A DNA stretch of 64,000 nt from a virus (IMGVR_UViG_3300042889_002176:20554-84553), one strand, 5' to 3'; numbered from the stretch's first letter, positions 21,525 to 32,370 are shown. Numbers and translations: made by a program. The notes: a model not told the origin generated them from the sequence alone.

Positions 21525-23312
21525 ATGGCATACATAATCAATCTTACCGACGGTAACGTTTTTGCAACAATTGCAGACGGTACAGTAAACACCAGCTCTA
21601 GCATGATCTTGGTGGGCAAAAACTACGCTGGATACGGTGAGTTTTTGGACGAAAACTTTATTCACTTGCTGGAATGCGGTTCAAACACCACTGCTCCTGC
21701 TGCTCCGCTGACAGGGCAACTGTGGTGGGACAAGACCAATTTCTTGCTCAAGGTCTACAACGGTACCATTTTCAAAACAATTTCAGCAGCCACATCCAGT
21801 GCCACTGCTCCCACTTCCAATGTGCAAGGCGATCTATGGTATGACACAGTAAACCAGCAACTGAAAGTTTGGACAGGTGCTGCATTTATTGTGGTAGGTC
21901 CTGCTTTCTCCAGCACTCAGGGTACCACAGGTGCTATTCCTGAAACCATCAATGACTCCAGCGCAAGTCCTCACTTTATAACCAGCTTGTATGTGAACAA
22001 CACACGAGTGGCTATTGTGAGCAAAGACGCTACTTTTACTCCTGCTGCTCCTATCAACACAGATTTCCCGTCGATCTTCAACGGTATCACACTGTGGAAT
22101 TCAGGATCTCCTGTGTTTGGCGGAAGTGCAACCAATGCCCAGCTGCTGGACAGCCTGGACTCAACCGACTTCATGCGAGCCACTGCCAACACCGCCACCA
22201 GCGGCACAGTGCGAATCAACAATGATCTAGGTTTGTTTGTGGGAACTGGCAACGCTGCTATTATTTCTGAAACTGGCAACGATGGTGTTGTACGCAGCGG
22301 AATTTCAGGCGGTAACTTGGTAATTCAATCCAACGTGGGCGGAACATTGTTTGACGTTGCTCGTGCACTGGGAGCCAGTGGCACATTTGCAGTCAGCAAT
22401 GCTGCCACAGTAGGCACAACACTCAGCGTGACTGGCAATATTACTGGTGCAAACTTGAACACAGGTGCACAAGTTGTGGCCACAGGCAACGTCACTGGCG
22501 GCAACATTGTGACTGCAGGTTTGATCACTGCAACAGGTGCAATTACCAGTACTGCCAACGTCACAGGCGGCAACTTGCGCACAGCAGGCCTGGTCAGTGC
22601 TGCAGGCAATATCACCAGTGCAGCCAATGTTGCTGGCACATTTTTTATTGGTAACGGTTCACAACTGACTGGACTGAGCCTGGGCGTTAGTGTCACTAAG
22701 TTTGTGAATGGAACATCAGAAGGCAACGTTGGCGAATCAGGTGGTAACATCAACTTCAACGTAGCCGGAACATCAAACGTGGCTGTGTTCACAACCACAG
22801 GCGGCGTGTTTTTAGGACTCACAACAGCTAGTATTGCCAAATCAGGAACTAACGCTGTGGGCAACATTGGCAGTTCCGTTAATTACTTTAACCGTGTGTT
22901 TGCCACAGCAACCACTGCCCTATACGCTGACGTTGCAGAACGTTTTGCAGCTGACGAAGTCATGGAGCCAGGCACAGTGGTCGAACTTGGCGGCACCAAA
23001 GAAATTACTCGTGCTACCAATGATCTAAGCGAGCAGGTGTTTGGAGTTATTTCAACCAATCCTGCTTTCATGATGAACGGTGGTGCAGGCGAAGATGATA
23101 CTCACCCTGCAGTGGCCATGACTGGTCGTGTGCCAGTCAAGATAGTGGGGCGGGTACGCAAAGGTGATCGCTTGGTCAGTGCCGGTGACGGTGTTGCTCG
23201 AGCAGCACAACCTGGCGAAGCCACAGCATTCAACGTGATTGGACGAAGTCTGGTTGACAAACTAACCCCTGAATCAGGTACAATTGAAGCAATTGTTACA
23301 ATCAAGAACTAA
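21525..23312 (+). CDS. tail fibre-like protein (beta-helix repeats GNxTGxNxxTAG) with non-repetitive C-terminal domain
   Basis: N-terminus MAYIINLTDGNVFATIADG. Repeats GNITGANLNTGAQVVATGNVTGGNIVTAGLITATGAITSTANVTGGNLRTAGLVSAAGNITSAANVAG follow. A globular C-terminal ~130 aa domain ends the protein. An SD precedes it. Confidence 0.6.
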   Translation: MAYIINLTDGNVFATIADGTVNTSSSMILVGKNYAGYGEFLDENFIHLLECGSNTTAPAAPLTGQLWWDKTNFLLKVYNGTIFKTISAATSSATAPTSNVQGDLWYDTVNQQLKVWTGAAFIVVGPAFSSTQGTTGAIPETINDSSASPHFITSLYVNNTRVAIVSKDATFTPAAPINTDFPSIFNGITLWNSGSPVFGGSATNAQLLDSLDSTDFMRATANTATSGTVRINNDLGLFVGTGNAAIISETGNDGVVRSGISGGNLVIQSNVGGTLFDVARALGASGTFAVSNAATVGTTLSVTGNITGANLNTGAQVVATGNVTGGNIVTAGLITATGAITSTANVTGGNLRTAGLVSAAGNITSAANVAGTFFIGNGSQLTGLSLGVSVTKFVNGTSEGNVGESGGNINFNVAGTSNVAVFTTTGGVFLGLTTASIAKSGTNAVGNIGSSVNYFNRVFATATTALYADVAERFAADEVMEPGTVVELGGTKEITRATNDLSEQVFGVISTNPAFMMNGGAGEDDTHPAVAMTGRVPVKIVGRVRKGDRLVSAGDGVARAAQPGEATAFNVIGRSLVDKLTPESGTIEAIVTIKN

Positions 23313-23326
23313 TATAGGATACCAAA

Positions 23327-24295
23327 ATGACATATTCAGCGGGTCAATTAATTGAAGCCACAGACTACAACGGGTTTGTAAGCACCACAGCAGGAGCCAA
23401 CATCAACAACGTATGGAGCACTGGCTCAACTGATTCAGGGTGGGGACAATCAGCACTGGCTACGGTGGCAGCAGCAGGATCAATTAGTGCTACCCAATGG
23501 GCCAGCCTGGTAAACACCATTAGCAGCATGGGCAGCCAAACAGGTACAACTATCACTGCTAGAACTGCCCCAGTAACTGGCAACACCATTGACATTCTGG
23601 CTGCACTCAACACTGACCTGACCAATATTACTACCAACCGCCAAAACGCTGTGGCCAATGGCACACAGTTCACCGGCTACACCGGCACCAATTCAAAAAC
23701 AGCAGCCACTTCGGGCGCAACCTGGACTATCTCATTTGTGAACACAGTGACATTTGCATCAGCTGACGCTGCCCGTTATTTCTTCAACGCCGGTGGCCGA
23801 ATCAAGATCGACGTGAGCAAAACTGCCACAGGCGACGTGGGCGACCCAGAATGGAACGACCTGGCCAACACCTTGTGCGGTGATATTTTTATCACAGGCG
23901 GTACAGCCACACAAACCATTTCTGGTGCCAACTACACAGGCACCACCAAAACCGGCGGCACAGGAACTCCTACTATACTGCTGACCACAACTGGTTGGTA
24001 TGACTTGACGGCAGGCGCGGCTGCTACCATTGTGTACAAGCAATTTGCCGACACTGCTCCCTACACCGCAAACTTTATTCAACACTCAATTGCCAAAGGT
24101 GCTGGTTCGGACACATTGGTTATCACAACACTTTGGTCAGCATCGGACGGCGATGCAATTACAGGCGGCACAGCTAGTTCGGGCGCAACTCCAGGCACAG
24201 CACCCACCACAATTGTGACTTATTTCCCGCCATCATCAACTTATCTGACCACAGCTTCTTGGGGCACGCCAACTGTGGCTGCCACAACAACTTAA
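23327..24295 (+). CDS. Thr/Ala/Gly-rich fibre-associated structural protein
   Basis: A 322-aa ORF with strongly biased composition (T, A, G, S) sits after the fibre gene and is followed by an intrinsic terminator. Confidence 0.5.
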   Translation: MTYSAGQLIEATDYNGFVSTTAGANINNVWSTGSTDSGWGQSALATVAAAGSISATQWASLVNTISSMGSQTGTTITARTAPVTGNTIDILAALNTDLTNITTNRQNAVANGTQFTGYTGTNSKTAATSGATWTISFVNTVTFASADAARYFFNAGGRIKIDVSKTATGDVGDPEWNDLANTLCGDIFITGGTATQTISGANYTGTTKTGGTGTPTILLTTTGWYDLTAGAAATIVYKQFADTAPYTANFIQHSIAKGAGSDTLVITTLWSASDGDAITGGTASSGATPGTAPTTIVTYFPPSSTYLTTASWGTPTVAATTT

Positions 24296-24297
24296 CC

Positions 24298-24328
24298 AAA
24301 AAGGGGCTGCTGCCCCTTTACTTTTATC
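24298..24328 (+). terminator. rho-independent terminator closing the structural block
   Basis: A GC stem aaaaggggc / gccccttt with loop tgct is followed by the T-rich tract tacttttat, immediately after the stop at 24293-24295. Confidence 0.6.
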
Positions 24329-24352
24329 TAGATTTGTAATATAATACAGCAT
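24317..24352 (+). promoter_or_regulatory. sigma70-like promoter, leaderless-type (TTTACT-17-TATAAT, ATG 5 nt downstream)
   Basis: TATAAT sits at ~24340-24345 and the start codon at 24351, so the predicted transcription start falls at or next to the ATG. The -35 match is 4/6. Confidence 0.35.
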
Positions 24353-24659
24353 GGATACTGATGCTTTAATTGCCCACGCACGAACACGTTTTGATCATGC
24401 AACTGCACGCCGTGTGCTCAAAGAAAAATACCAGGCCCGTATGCTGTTTGCCCACAGCGGCGGAATGTGGCGTGCTGGCCCTGAACTGCTGGCAGTGCTG
24501 CAGTCTGTTCCTGTTGAGGACCATGTAGTGTTACTGGATCTTTATGATACTCCTGTAAAGATAAGTCCGTTAGAATTACAACACCTGGCATTTGATCGTT
24601 GGCAAGAACAAATGAATGCATGGCTTGTGGAATTTGACCAACAACGTCAACAGCGATGA
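24351..24659 (+). CDS. hypothetical protein (102 aa), first gene of glycan island operon
   Basis: The ORF stop overlaps the next start (ATGA). Confidence 0.5.
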   Translation: MDTDALIAHARTRFDHATARRVLKEKYQARMLFAHSGGMWRAGPELLAVLQSVPVEDHVVLLDLYDTPVKISPLELQHLAFDRWQEQMNAWLVEFDQQRQQR

Positions 24660-25468
24660 CCACAGGCGCACTGATATTTGCCTTCAACAACGAAGCCACT
24701 GATTATGTGCGCTTGGCCGCCTGGAGTGCTGAAAACATTCGTCGGCACTTAAACATTCCTGTTGCAGTGGTCACTAACGCGGATCCTGCAGATCCCAGAC
24801 TCAACGCATTTGATCAAGTGGTACATGCAAAACCAGACGCCGGTGGCACACGATGGTTTGAAGACTATGCCAGCACAGTGACCTGGCACAACGCCGGTAG
24901 GGTCAACGCATATGATCTAACGCCCTGGGATCAGACTCTGGTCTTGGATGCAGACTATGTAGTAGCCAGTTCAGATCTCAAAAGAATTTTAGAATACAAC
25001 ACAGACTTTATGTGTCATCGATCGGCCGTCAACTTCAGCACTGGGCATCCTTTGAAAGGACTCAATGTTTTTGGACGGCATAGCATGCCCATGTGGTGGG
25101 CCACAGTAATGTTATTTCGTCGGTCAAACACTGCACAATATATATTTGACTGCATGCAGATGATTCGAAACAACTGGGAACATTACCGCGCACTGTATGG
25201 CATTGACAACAAGACCTATCGTAATGATTTTGCCTTGAGTATTGCTCTGGGAATTGTGAGCGGCCACACAGGCCGGGTAGATGAAATGCCCTGGCCCTTA
25301 CTGACTGTAATGCCAGACACAGTGCTGACCAAAATTGCACACCAAACTGATACATACCGCATCACATATCGCGACCCAGACAACCAATCAAAATACATTC
25401 AATGGCATACTACAGATTTTCATGCCATGGGCAAACAGCACCTGGAGAACATAATTGCGACCCATTGA
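24656..25468 (+). CDS. putative glycosyltransferase, GT-A-like (DxD motif)
   Basis: An N-terminal Rossmann-like beta-strand (ALIFAFNNEATDYVRLAAWS...IPVAVVT) and a hhhhDAD motif (TLVLDADYVV) are present. The gene is translationally coupled. Confidence 0.4.
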   Translation: MTTGALIFAFNNEATDYVRLAAWSAENIRRHLNIPVAVVTNADPADPRLNAFDQVVHAKPDAGGTRWFEDYASTVTWHNAGRVNAYDLTPWDQTLVLDADYVVASSDLKRILEYNTDFMCHRSAVNFSTGHPLKGLNVFGRHSMPMWWATVMLFRRSNTAQYIFDCMQMIRNNWEHYRALYGIDNKTYRNDFALSIALGIVSGHTGRVDEMPWPLLTVMPDTVLTKIAHQTDTYRITYRDPDNQSKYIQWHTTDFHAMGKQHLENIIATH

Positions 25469-26216
25469 AGAACAAGGTTATGTTGTGCTAGCAGTCAACA
25501 CTGCCACAGTTGACTATGTTCGTTGCGCTGCTATGTTGGTGCAAAGTCTAAAGACACAGCATCCTACTGCAAGAGTATGCCTGATCACAGATCAACCAGT
25601 AGAAGATTCTGTGTTTGATTATGTGCATGTGCTGCCGGTTGTGTCAGACAATGCCTATGCCAATGACGCAGCAGTATTTCAGTTAACGCCGTTTCGTGAA
25701 ACAATCAAGCTGGAAGCAGACATGCTGATAGCCAGTCCTATCTCACACTGGTGGGACCTGTTCAGACACCGTGATGTTGTGATCAGCACAGGCTGTAGAA
25801 ACTGGTGCGGCGATGTCAGCACTGCTCGGCATTATCGCCGAGTATTTGATCAAAATCACTTGCCTGATGTGTACAACGCTATTACCTACTGGCGCCTGAG
25901 TGAAACTGCAAAAGAATTCTTTGACCTGACACAAGATATCTTTGCCAACTGGGAACACGTTCGCACACTAATAAAGTTTGCGCCAGCAGTAGCAGACACT
26001 GATCTGGTGTATGCCATGGCTGCACAGATCATGGGTGAACACAGAGTTACCATGCCCTTTGCCACATATCCACAAATTGTTCACATGAAACCGCATCATG
26101 CAGGCACAACCGATCAGTGGACACACGAACTGATCTGGGAACATGATCCGTTACGGATAAACACAGTGGCACAATGGGGTGCATTCCATTATCACATCAA
26201 GGAGTGGCAGCCATGA
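25455..26216 (+). CDS. putative glycosyltransferase paralog (degenerate DxD)
   Basis: Paralogous to the previous protein ([22 protein letters not shown]...ARVCLITDQ, ...[12 protein letters not shown]). It overlaps the upstream gene by 14 nt. Confidence 0.35.
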   Translation: MRPIEEQGYVVLAVNTATVDYVRCAAMLVQSLKTQHPTARVCLITDQPVEDSVFDYVHVLPVVSDNAYANDAAVFQLTPFRETIKLEADMLIASPISHWWDLFRHRDVVISTGCRNWCGDVSTARHYRRVFDQNHLPDVYNAITYWRLSETAKEFFDLTQDIFANWEHVRTLIKFAPAVADTDLVYAMAAQIMGEHRVTMPFATYPQIVHMKPHHAGTTDQWTHELIWEHDPLRINTVAQWGAFHYHIKEWQP

Positions 26217-26548
26217 CACCAGATGAATTCTGGAGCATACTGCATGCAGTGCCTGAAACATACCCTGTGAGTTATAGATTGTATCATGACTCCGATGGCC
26301 GACCATTATTTTACAGCATGGATGATGTGCCAGGTACATACATTGAAATAGATGCTGCAACGTATGCTCGTAGCCCCATGCATGTACATGTGCGTGATGG
26401 AAAACTAACGCAACGTGTGTGGAAAACAATCACAAAACTTGTGCCTGCTGACTCTGGATCCCCTTGCGATCTTCGCAATGTCGCTGTAATCGTCAGTGAG
26501 CACCGACCCCATCAAAAATGGACCAAGAAAACTTATGAAACAAATTGA
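26213..26548 (+). CDS. hypothetical protein (111 aa)
   Basis: An internal ATG overlaps the upstream stop (ATGA at 26213-26216): [34 protein letters not shown]... Confidence 0.45.
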   Translation: MTPDEFWSILHAVPETYPVSYRLYHDSDGRPLFYSMDDVPGTYIEIDAATYARSPMHVHVRDGKLTQRVWKTITKLVPADSGSPCDLRNVAVIVSEHRPHQKWTKKTYETN

Positions 26549-27461
26549 CATAGCAGACCTAGACGTGATATTTTTGACATTTGATGAACCCAAGAAAGAA
26601 GAATACTGGGCAATCATACGCAACATGGTGCCCTGGGCGCAGCGTGTGGACGGCGTTCGCGGGTCCGACGCAGCACACAAGGCCGCTGCGGCTGCTAGCA
26701 CTACAGAACGATTCATCCTGATCGACGGGGACAACATGCCTGACGCCAAATTCTTCAATCAGACCTTGGCATTTGCTACGGCAGATTATGAATCTGCTGT
26801 GTTCCGTTGGAGAGCGAGAAATGCCGTCAACGGACTCATGTATGGCAATGGTGGACTGAGCTCTTGGACAAAAACCTTTGTGAACAGCATGCGCACACAC
26901 GAAGCCACAGACGGCCGCACAGAAACACAGGTGGAGTTTTGTTTTGATCCCTTGTACTGGGCCATGCATGACTGCTACTCAACAACCTATCCCAATGGAT
27001 CTGCTTTTCATGCCTGGCGTGCAGGATTCCGCGAAGGTGTAAAGATGTGCCTGAATCGCGGAGCCAAGCCCACACTGGAAGAATTTAAGGATCGTGTGCA
27101 TCAACGCAATCTGGACCATCTCACCATCTGGCACAACATAGGTGCAGATGTTGACCACGGCTACTGGAGCATGGCCGGCGCAAGACAAGGCACCTACATG
27201 ACCATGCTCACAAACTGGGATCATACTCAAGTGCAGAACTTTGATGCACTGGCTGAACTGTGGAAGACTGTGGAATCCAGTGATCCAAGATTGCTAGCAG
27301 GCCGTGTGGCAGAAGATCTAGATCAACAACTGGATCTGCCAATGGCCATGCTGGAAGCAGAACAAAGCAAGTTTTTCAAGCACCACTACCGAAGCAACTG
27401 GCACAATGAAGGTATCATGGTCCGAGAAATGGATGTTATTCGAGCTCAAGAAGGTTGGTAA
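26535..27461 (+). CDS. putative glycosyltransferase, GT-A-like (LIDGDNMPD DxD motif)
   Basis: ATG at 26535 gives [19 protein letters not shown]...; the track's upstream start is a GTG. The protein carries [13 protein letters not shown]. Confidence 0.35.
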   Translation: MKQIDIADLDVIFLTFDEPKKEEYWAIIRNMVPWAQRVDGVRGSDAAHKAAAAASTTERFILIDGDNMPDAKFFNQTLAFATADYESAVFRWRARNAVNGLMYGNGGLSSWTKTFVNSMRTHEATDGRTETQVEFCFDPLYWAMHDCYSTTYPNGSAFHAWRAGFREGVKMCLNRGAKPTLEEFKDRVHQRNLDHLTIWHNIGADVDHGYWSMAGARQGTYMTMLTNWDHTQVQNFDALAELWKTVESSDPRLLAGRVAEDLDQQLDLPMAMLEAEQSKFFKHHYRSNWHNEGIMVREMDVIRAQEGW

Positions 27462-27462
27462 T

Positions 27463-28563
27463 ATGACCTGGAATTGTGCCGCTATTGATCATGGAGTTAC
27501 TGTTTTCCCCAATGGGAAAATTGGACCTTGCTGTCAAATTGCCGCAGATTATCTAAAACCCATATCAGAATTATCAAATCCTGACAGATTTGCAGATTTA
27601 AAGACTCAAGACTGCCCGCCGGACCACCCGTGTAATACATGTTCGGTGGCAGAATATCATGGACTACCAAGCTATAGAAAATCATTTGATAGTACAGTGA
27701 CATCGGCTCCTGGGTTGCAGTTTGTTGATATCAGAAATACTAATCTTTGTAATTTAAAATGTAGATACTGCGGCCCACATTTTAGCAGTCAATGGGCGGA
27801 AGAACTTGACAAATTTCCGTCAATACAACAGCAAGACATAACTGATTACAAAGATATACTAATCACTGATTCATTGCATTGGATGTATTTTACAGGTGGA
27901 GAACCACTGATTAACAGAGAACACTGGGACCTGCTTGAGGAATTGATTGATAGTGGGAAATCTAATAGCATATCGTTGGTTTATAATACCAATTTGACTA
28001 CAATAAAATACAAAGATAAAAATGTTATTGACATTTGGAAACAATTTAAAAATGTCAGAGTACGATGTAGCATTGACGCAGTAGGCGCCCCATTAGAATA
28101 TATTAGATCTGGTACAAGCTGGGAAAAAATAAAATTTAATTTAACACATTTGATATTAGTGTCACAAAAATCAAATATCACAGTCGTGTTGGCACCTGTG
28201 GTGAGTATTTTAAACATGTGGTTTGTTGATGAATTATACAAATATGCTTGGTCAAACAACATTACTGTTGAACCAATTATACTGACAGGTCCTGACTATC
28301 TAGCAATAGACGTAATTCCAGACGAATTAAAATCTCTAGCCCTGGAAAAAATCACCAACATTGAATCCAGTTACCCTATAGACAAAAAAATTGTACAACA
28401 TATTAAAAATTTGATTAATAACAATCGCAATCAATTTTTATTTCAGCAAACTATTTCGCACGTATTGCTATTAGACAACTTGCGCGGAGAAAAATTATTT
28501 GAACTATTACCGTTTAAATCAATTGCAGTAGATAACATTTTACGAAATTACGAATATGAGTAA
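27463..28563 (+). CDS. radical SAM enzyme, paralog 1 (N-terminal Cys-rich twitch/SPASM-like module + CNLKCRYC core)
   Basis: ATG at 27463 (MTWNCAAIDHG..., 2 nt after the upstream stop). Cys cluster C..G.IGPCC...CPPDHPCNTC. CxxxCxxC core CNLKCRYCGPHFSSQW. A GGEPL glycine motif is present. Confidence 0.65.
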   Translation: MTWNCAAIDHGVTVFPNGKIGPCCQIAADYLKPISELSNPDRFADLKTQDCPPDHPCNTCSVAEYHGLPSYRKSFDSTVTSAPGLQFVDIRNTNLCNLKCRYCGPHFSSQWAEELDKFPSIQQQDITDYKDILITDSLHWMYFTGGEPLINREHWDLLEELIDSGKSNSISLVYNTNLTTIKYKDKNVIDIWKQFKNVRVRCSIDAVGAPLEYIRSGTSWEKIKFNLTHLILVSQKSNITVVLAPVVSILNMWFVDELYKYAWSNNITVEPIILTGPDYLAIDVIPDELKSLALEKITNIESSYPIDKKIVQHIKNLINNNRNQFLFQQTISHVLLLDNLRGEKLFELLPFKSIAVDNILRNYEYE

Positions 28564-29956
28564 CAAAGGCGATGAAACTACTGACAACAAAAGTCATTTC
28601 CTAACAGCCGCAGAAAAAATGCAGGCTGATCTGGGACCTGCCTTGTGCTTGGCTAAATGGAAACAAGTTAGCCTACACCTGCCCACAGGGCTCAACAACT
28701 CATGCTATCATCCACCTTTACACCAAATACCCATAGAAGATATTGGCCGCAATCCAAGTGCATTGCACAATACACCGTTTAAAAAATCGCAGCGCAAACT
28801 CATGCTAGCAGGCACCAAACCTGCAGAGTGCAGCTATTGCTGGAACATGGAAGCACATGACAAGCTGAGTGATAGACACTATAGATCAGGTGAACCCTGG
28901 GCAGCCAAAGATTATTCAGTAATTACCCAATCAACAGGAGATGAGGATGCCATACCTAGTTATGTGGAAGTTAATTTTAATAATGCTTGTAACTTGTCTT
29001 GCAGCTATTGCAGCCCGCAGTTTAGTTCAAGCTGGCAACAAGAAGTCGATCGACATGGCGGATATCCTACTAGCACTGTGCATAACGATCCTGGTCACTT
29101 TACCGGCCGTAATCGTCCTATTCCTGCCCGTGATCACAATCCCTATGTAGATGCCTTCTGGTCTTGGTGGCCCACGTTATACCCCGAACTGGAACACTTC
29201 CGTATGACTGGCGGCGAGCCACTTCTTGACAAGAACACTTACCGAGTATTTGACTATGTGCTGGCCAACCCCAGTGCTAAACTGCACCTAAATGTCACGT
29301 CAAACTTTAGTGTGGATGAAAAGTCCTGGCAAAAGTATCTGTCCTATGTGAAACAGCTATGCGATGGACGCATAGAACATTTCATGCAGTACGTGAGTCT
29401 AGACACCTGGGGAGCTCAAGCAGAATACATACGGCATGGCCTGGACTTTGATCTGCTGTGGGACCGAGTAAATCAATTCTTAACTGAAGTTCCCAATTAC
29501 TCAAGTCTGACATTTATTGTCACAATGAACAATCTCAGTGTACCAAGTCTGGAAAACTTGTTTGCTGGCATTCTGGGTCTGAGAAAAACCTACAGCAAGA
29601 CCTATCAGCGTGTGTGGTTTGATACTCCTGTGCTGCGTGAGCCAGCCTGGCAGAGTCTGCAGATTCTTCCTGAACCCTATGCTGACAAACTGGAGCATTT
29701 GTGGGCCTGGATGGTACGTCAAATTGAAACGGCCGAAACACCGTTTCAAGGATTCAAAGACTACGAACTCAGTCGACTGGACCGAGACATAGCCTGGATG
29801 CGAGCGGGACAGGACAAAGATCATAGTGTTGCCAAAGCAGACTTTTGGCGTTTCTTTAGTGAACATGATCGTCGGCGTGGCACCAACTTCTTGAAGACCT
29901 TTCCTGAAATGAAGTCATGGTGGGCAGAATGTGAGTATCATGCTAGGGCCGCATAA
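28556..29956 (+). CDS. radical SAM enzyme, paralog 2 (subtype B N-terminus CLAKW...SCYHPP)
   Basis: CLAKWKQVSLHLPTGLNNSCYHPP...AECSYCWNMEAHDKLSDR followed by CNLSCSYCSPQFSSSW and RMTGGEPLL. It overlaps the upstream stop by 8 nt. Confidence 0.65.
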   Translation: MSNKGDETTDNKSHFLTAAEKMQADLGPALCLAKWKQVSLHLPTGLNNSCYHPPLHQIPIEDIGRNPSALHNTPFKKSQRKLMLAGTKPAECSYCWNMEAHDKLSDRHYRSGEPWAAKDYSVITQSTGDEDAIPSYVEVNFNNACNLSCSYCSPQFSSSWQQEVDRHGGYPTSTVHNDPGHFTGRNRPIPARDHNPYVDAFWSWWPTLYPELEHFRMTGGEPLLDKNTYRVFDYVLANPSAKLHLNVTSNFSVDEKSWQKYLSYVKQLCDGRIEHFMQYVSLDTWGAQAEYIRHGLDFDLLWDRVNQFLTEVPNYSSLTFIVTMNNLSVPSLENLFAGILGLRKTYSKTYQRVWFDTPVLREPAWQSLQILPEPYADKLEHLWAWMVRQIETAETPFQGFKDYELSRLDRDIAWMRAGQDKDHSVAKADFWRFFSEHDRRRGTNFLKTFPEMKSWWAECEYHARAA

Positions 29957-31040
29957 CATAGTAGTGGACGAATGGGCTGAAGTATGGGATTTATTAAAGC
30001 CCTATGCTGTGGAAAGCTTCTGGGACTGGAAATCAGTAACCTTTGATCCCAACAAGTTTTATATTGTAGGGCGTGTGGTATTGAAAGAAAACTGGCAGTC
30101 AATCACTGACCTAGCACGCCAACACCCGGGACGCATTGTGTTTTGTAATCCTGCCGAAGGATCTGAAACAATCAAACTACAGCTCTCAAGACTGAGAATC
30201 ACTGAGCTGGTGCAGAATCGCAACATACGCATGATCGCCAGTGGCAATCTAGAAGCAGGGTTTCATGAACTCAGCACAGACTGTTACTTTAGTAACATAG
30301 TAGAATACACTGAAAATCTAGCGGCAGCCGAGTCAGATGTGTTTGCTGATCCAGTCAAACGCTATGAATTTTTGTTTCTAAATGGACGCCTCAGACCACA
30401 TCGCAAGTATCTAATAGATGCACTACGCAGTCAGGATCTGTTGAGAGATGCACTGTGGACCAATTTGGGCAGTCAGGTTGAAATGGAGTTTACGTCTGTG
30501 CTGCAAACAGCCAAACTAGAACACGTTAGACTGCTGCCCCCGGAATATGAAATACCTCGTGCCAGGCCCAATCTCAAGGCCAGTTTGAATTCAGGATTTG
30601 TCAAGCATGAATTGTTTGGCAATACCTGGGGTGACGCCATTGTCAATCCGCAGGCATACATGGACACATGTTTTAGCCTAGTAACAGAAACCATTTTTGA
30701 TTACCCCCACTCATTCAGAACAGAAAAAATCTGGAAGCCCATGATCATGTGTCATCCATTTGTAGTGGCTGCTAACACAGGCTACTATCGAGATCTACGG
30801 AATGCAGGATTTCAAACCTTTGGCCATCTGATTGATGAATCATTTGACATGATAGACAACGCACAGGATCGGGCTGACGCCGTGGTTGCAACAGTCAAAG
30901 ATATATGCTATAATGGTGCTAGCAGTTTCTTGACTGCTGCTCGAGAGGTGTGTAAATACAATTATCAACACCTGCGCGAACACAATGCTCGTGAACGAAA
31001 CCGTCTCCCACAGAATTTAATAACATATCTAAATGAATGA
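29940..31040 (+). CDS. putative glycosyltransferase, TEK-motif fucosyltransferase-like (GT10-like) paralog
   Basis: ATG at 29940. The C-terminal motif LVTETIFDYPHSFRTEKIWKPMIMCHPFVVAANTG...GFQTFGHLIDESFD resembles the FENS...TEK...P(I/V)V.G region of alpha-1,3-fucosyltransferases. Two paralogs lie on the - strand at 39.7-42.0 kb. Confidence 0.4.
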   Translation: MLGPHNIVVDEWAEVWDLLKPYAVESFWDWKSVTFDPNKFYIVGRVVLKENWQSITDLARQHPGRIVFCNPAEGSETIKLQLSRLRITELVQNRNIRMIASGNLEAGFHELSTDCYFSNIVEYTENLAAAESDVFADPVKRYEFLFLNGRLRPHRKYLIDALRSQDLLRDALWTNLGSQVEMEFTSVLQTAKLEHVRLLPPEYEIPRARPNLKASLNSGFVKHELFGNTWGDAIVNPQAYMDTCFSLVTETIFDYPHSFRTEKIWKPMIMCHPFVVAANTGYYRDLRNAGFQTFGHLIDESFDMIDNAQDRADAVVATVKDICYNGASSFLTAAREVCKYNYQHLREHNARERNRLPQNLITYLNE

Positions 31041-32370
31041 TCTAGAATTTAAACGCACAGTGCTAGACCCACTGAGTGACAGTTTTTGTGCAGCGAAATG
31101 GTACAATGCTACCATTTGGTTAGGAAGTGGACAGACCACAAGTTGTCATCACCCGCCAGCTCATTTGGTCGACAAAGATAAAGTCAGTATCAACCCTAGG
31201 CTGCTGCACAATACTGTTCAGAAGAAAGAAGACCGTCGCAAGATGATTGCAGGCGAGCGTCCTGCAGGTTGCGAATACTGCTGGAAGATTGAAGACATGG
31301 GTCGAGACGCTGTGAGCGACCGCGTGTACAAGAGCAAGATTTATCCCATTAACACACTGAAAGAAGCATATGAAACTCCACCTGATCAAGACATCAATTT
31401 ACGCACACTTGAAATTGCATTCGACCGCACTTGCCAATTTGCTTGTAGCTATTGTAACCCTGCTTTCAGTAGCACATGGGTTAATGATATCCGAAAGCAT
31501 GGTGCCTATGAGCACCTGGTGTCTGATGGGCGTAACCACTTTACTCACACTCACGATAGTGCTCAACTATACAAGTTTGGCGAAACTAATCCCTACGTTG
31601 AAGCGTTCTTTAAGTGGTGGGAAACAGATCTTCACCGGACTCTTCAAGAGCTAAGAATCACCGGCGGTGAACCGCTAATGTCAGGAGAGACCTGGAAGCT
31701 GATCGATTGGTTCAAAACAAACAAAAACAAAAGCTCTACCCGCCTGGCGATCAACTCAAATCTGGGTATGGATCGCATCAAGCTGCAGGAGTTTATTGAA
31801 CGAGTCCGAGATATCCCACACCTAGAGATATACACCAGCATGGAGAGTGTGGATCAACAAGCTGAGTATATTCGTGATGGGCTTGACTACGATCTCTGGA
31901 TGCACAATGTACAAGAGCTACTAGAACATGATCATATAAAAGCTGTGCATTGTATGTGTACAATCAATGCTCTTTGTTTGGAACAACTTCCTGATTTATT
32001 GTACCAGTTACTTAAATTAAAACAAGTTTATGGTCGCGAAAGAGTTAATTTTACATTGAACATTCTACGCTTTCCCAGCTTTCAGTCGGCCCTGGTGTTG
32101 CCCGAACACATTCGAACTGGCTACAGAGTAGTACTTGAAGAATGGCTGTATCGAAATCGTGACAACCCGTGTCTGCATGAGCATGAAATAAATCATACCC
32201 AGCGTCTAATAGATTACCTGGACGTGGTCAAAACGCCGCATTCGGATGCATTTGAACAGCCCAAGTTACTGAATGACTTCAAACAGTTTTATCAGCAGTA
32301 TGATCAACGTCGTGGAAAAGATTTTGTCACAGCATTTCCTGAACTAAAAGAATGGTACAATGACCTATAA
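31033..32370 (+). CDS. radical SAM enzyme, paralog 3 (subtype B)
   Basis: CAAKWYNATIWLGSGQTTSCHHPP...AGCEYCWKIEDMGRDAVSDR, CQFACSYCNPAFSSTW and RITGGEPLM. ATGA overlap with the upstream gene. Confidence 0.65.
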   Translation: MNDLEFKRTVLDPLSDSFCAAKWYNATIWLGSGQTTSCHHPPAHLVDKDKVSINPRLLHNTVQKKEDRRKMIAGERPAGCEYCWKIEDMGRDAVSDRVYKSKIYPINTLKEAYETPPDQDINLRTLEIAFDRTCQFACSYCNPAFSSTWVNDIRKHGAYEHLVSDGRNHFTHTHDSAQLYKFGETNPYVEAFFKWWETDLHRTLQELRITGGEPLMSGETWKLIDWFKTNKNKSSTRLAINSNLGMDRIKLQEFIERVRDIPHLEIYTSMESVDQQAEYIRDGLDYDLWMHNVQELLEHDHIKAVHCMCTINALCLEQLPDLLYQLLKLKQVYGRERVNFTLNILRFPSFQSALVLPEHIRTGYRVVLEEWLYRNRDNPCLHEHEINHTQRLIDYLDVVKTPHSDAFEQPKLLNDFKQFYQQYDQRRGKDFVTAFPELKEWYNDL

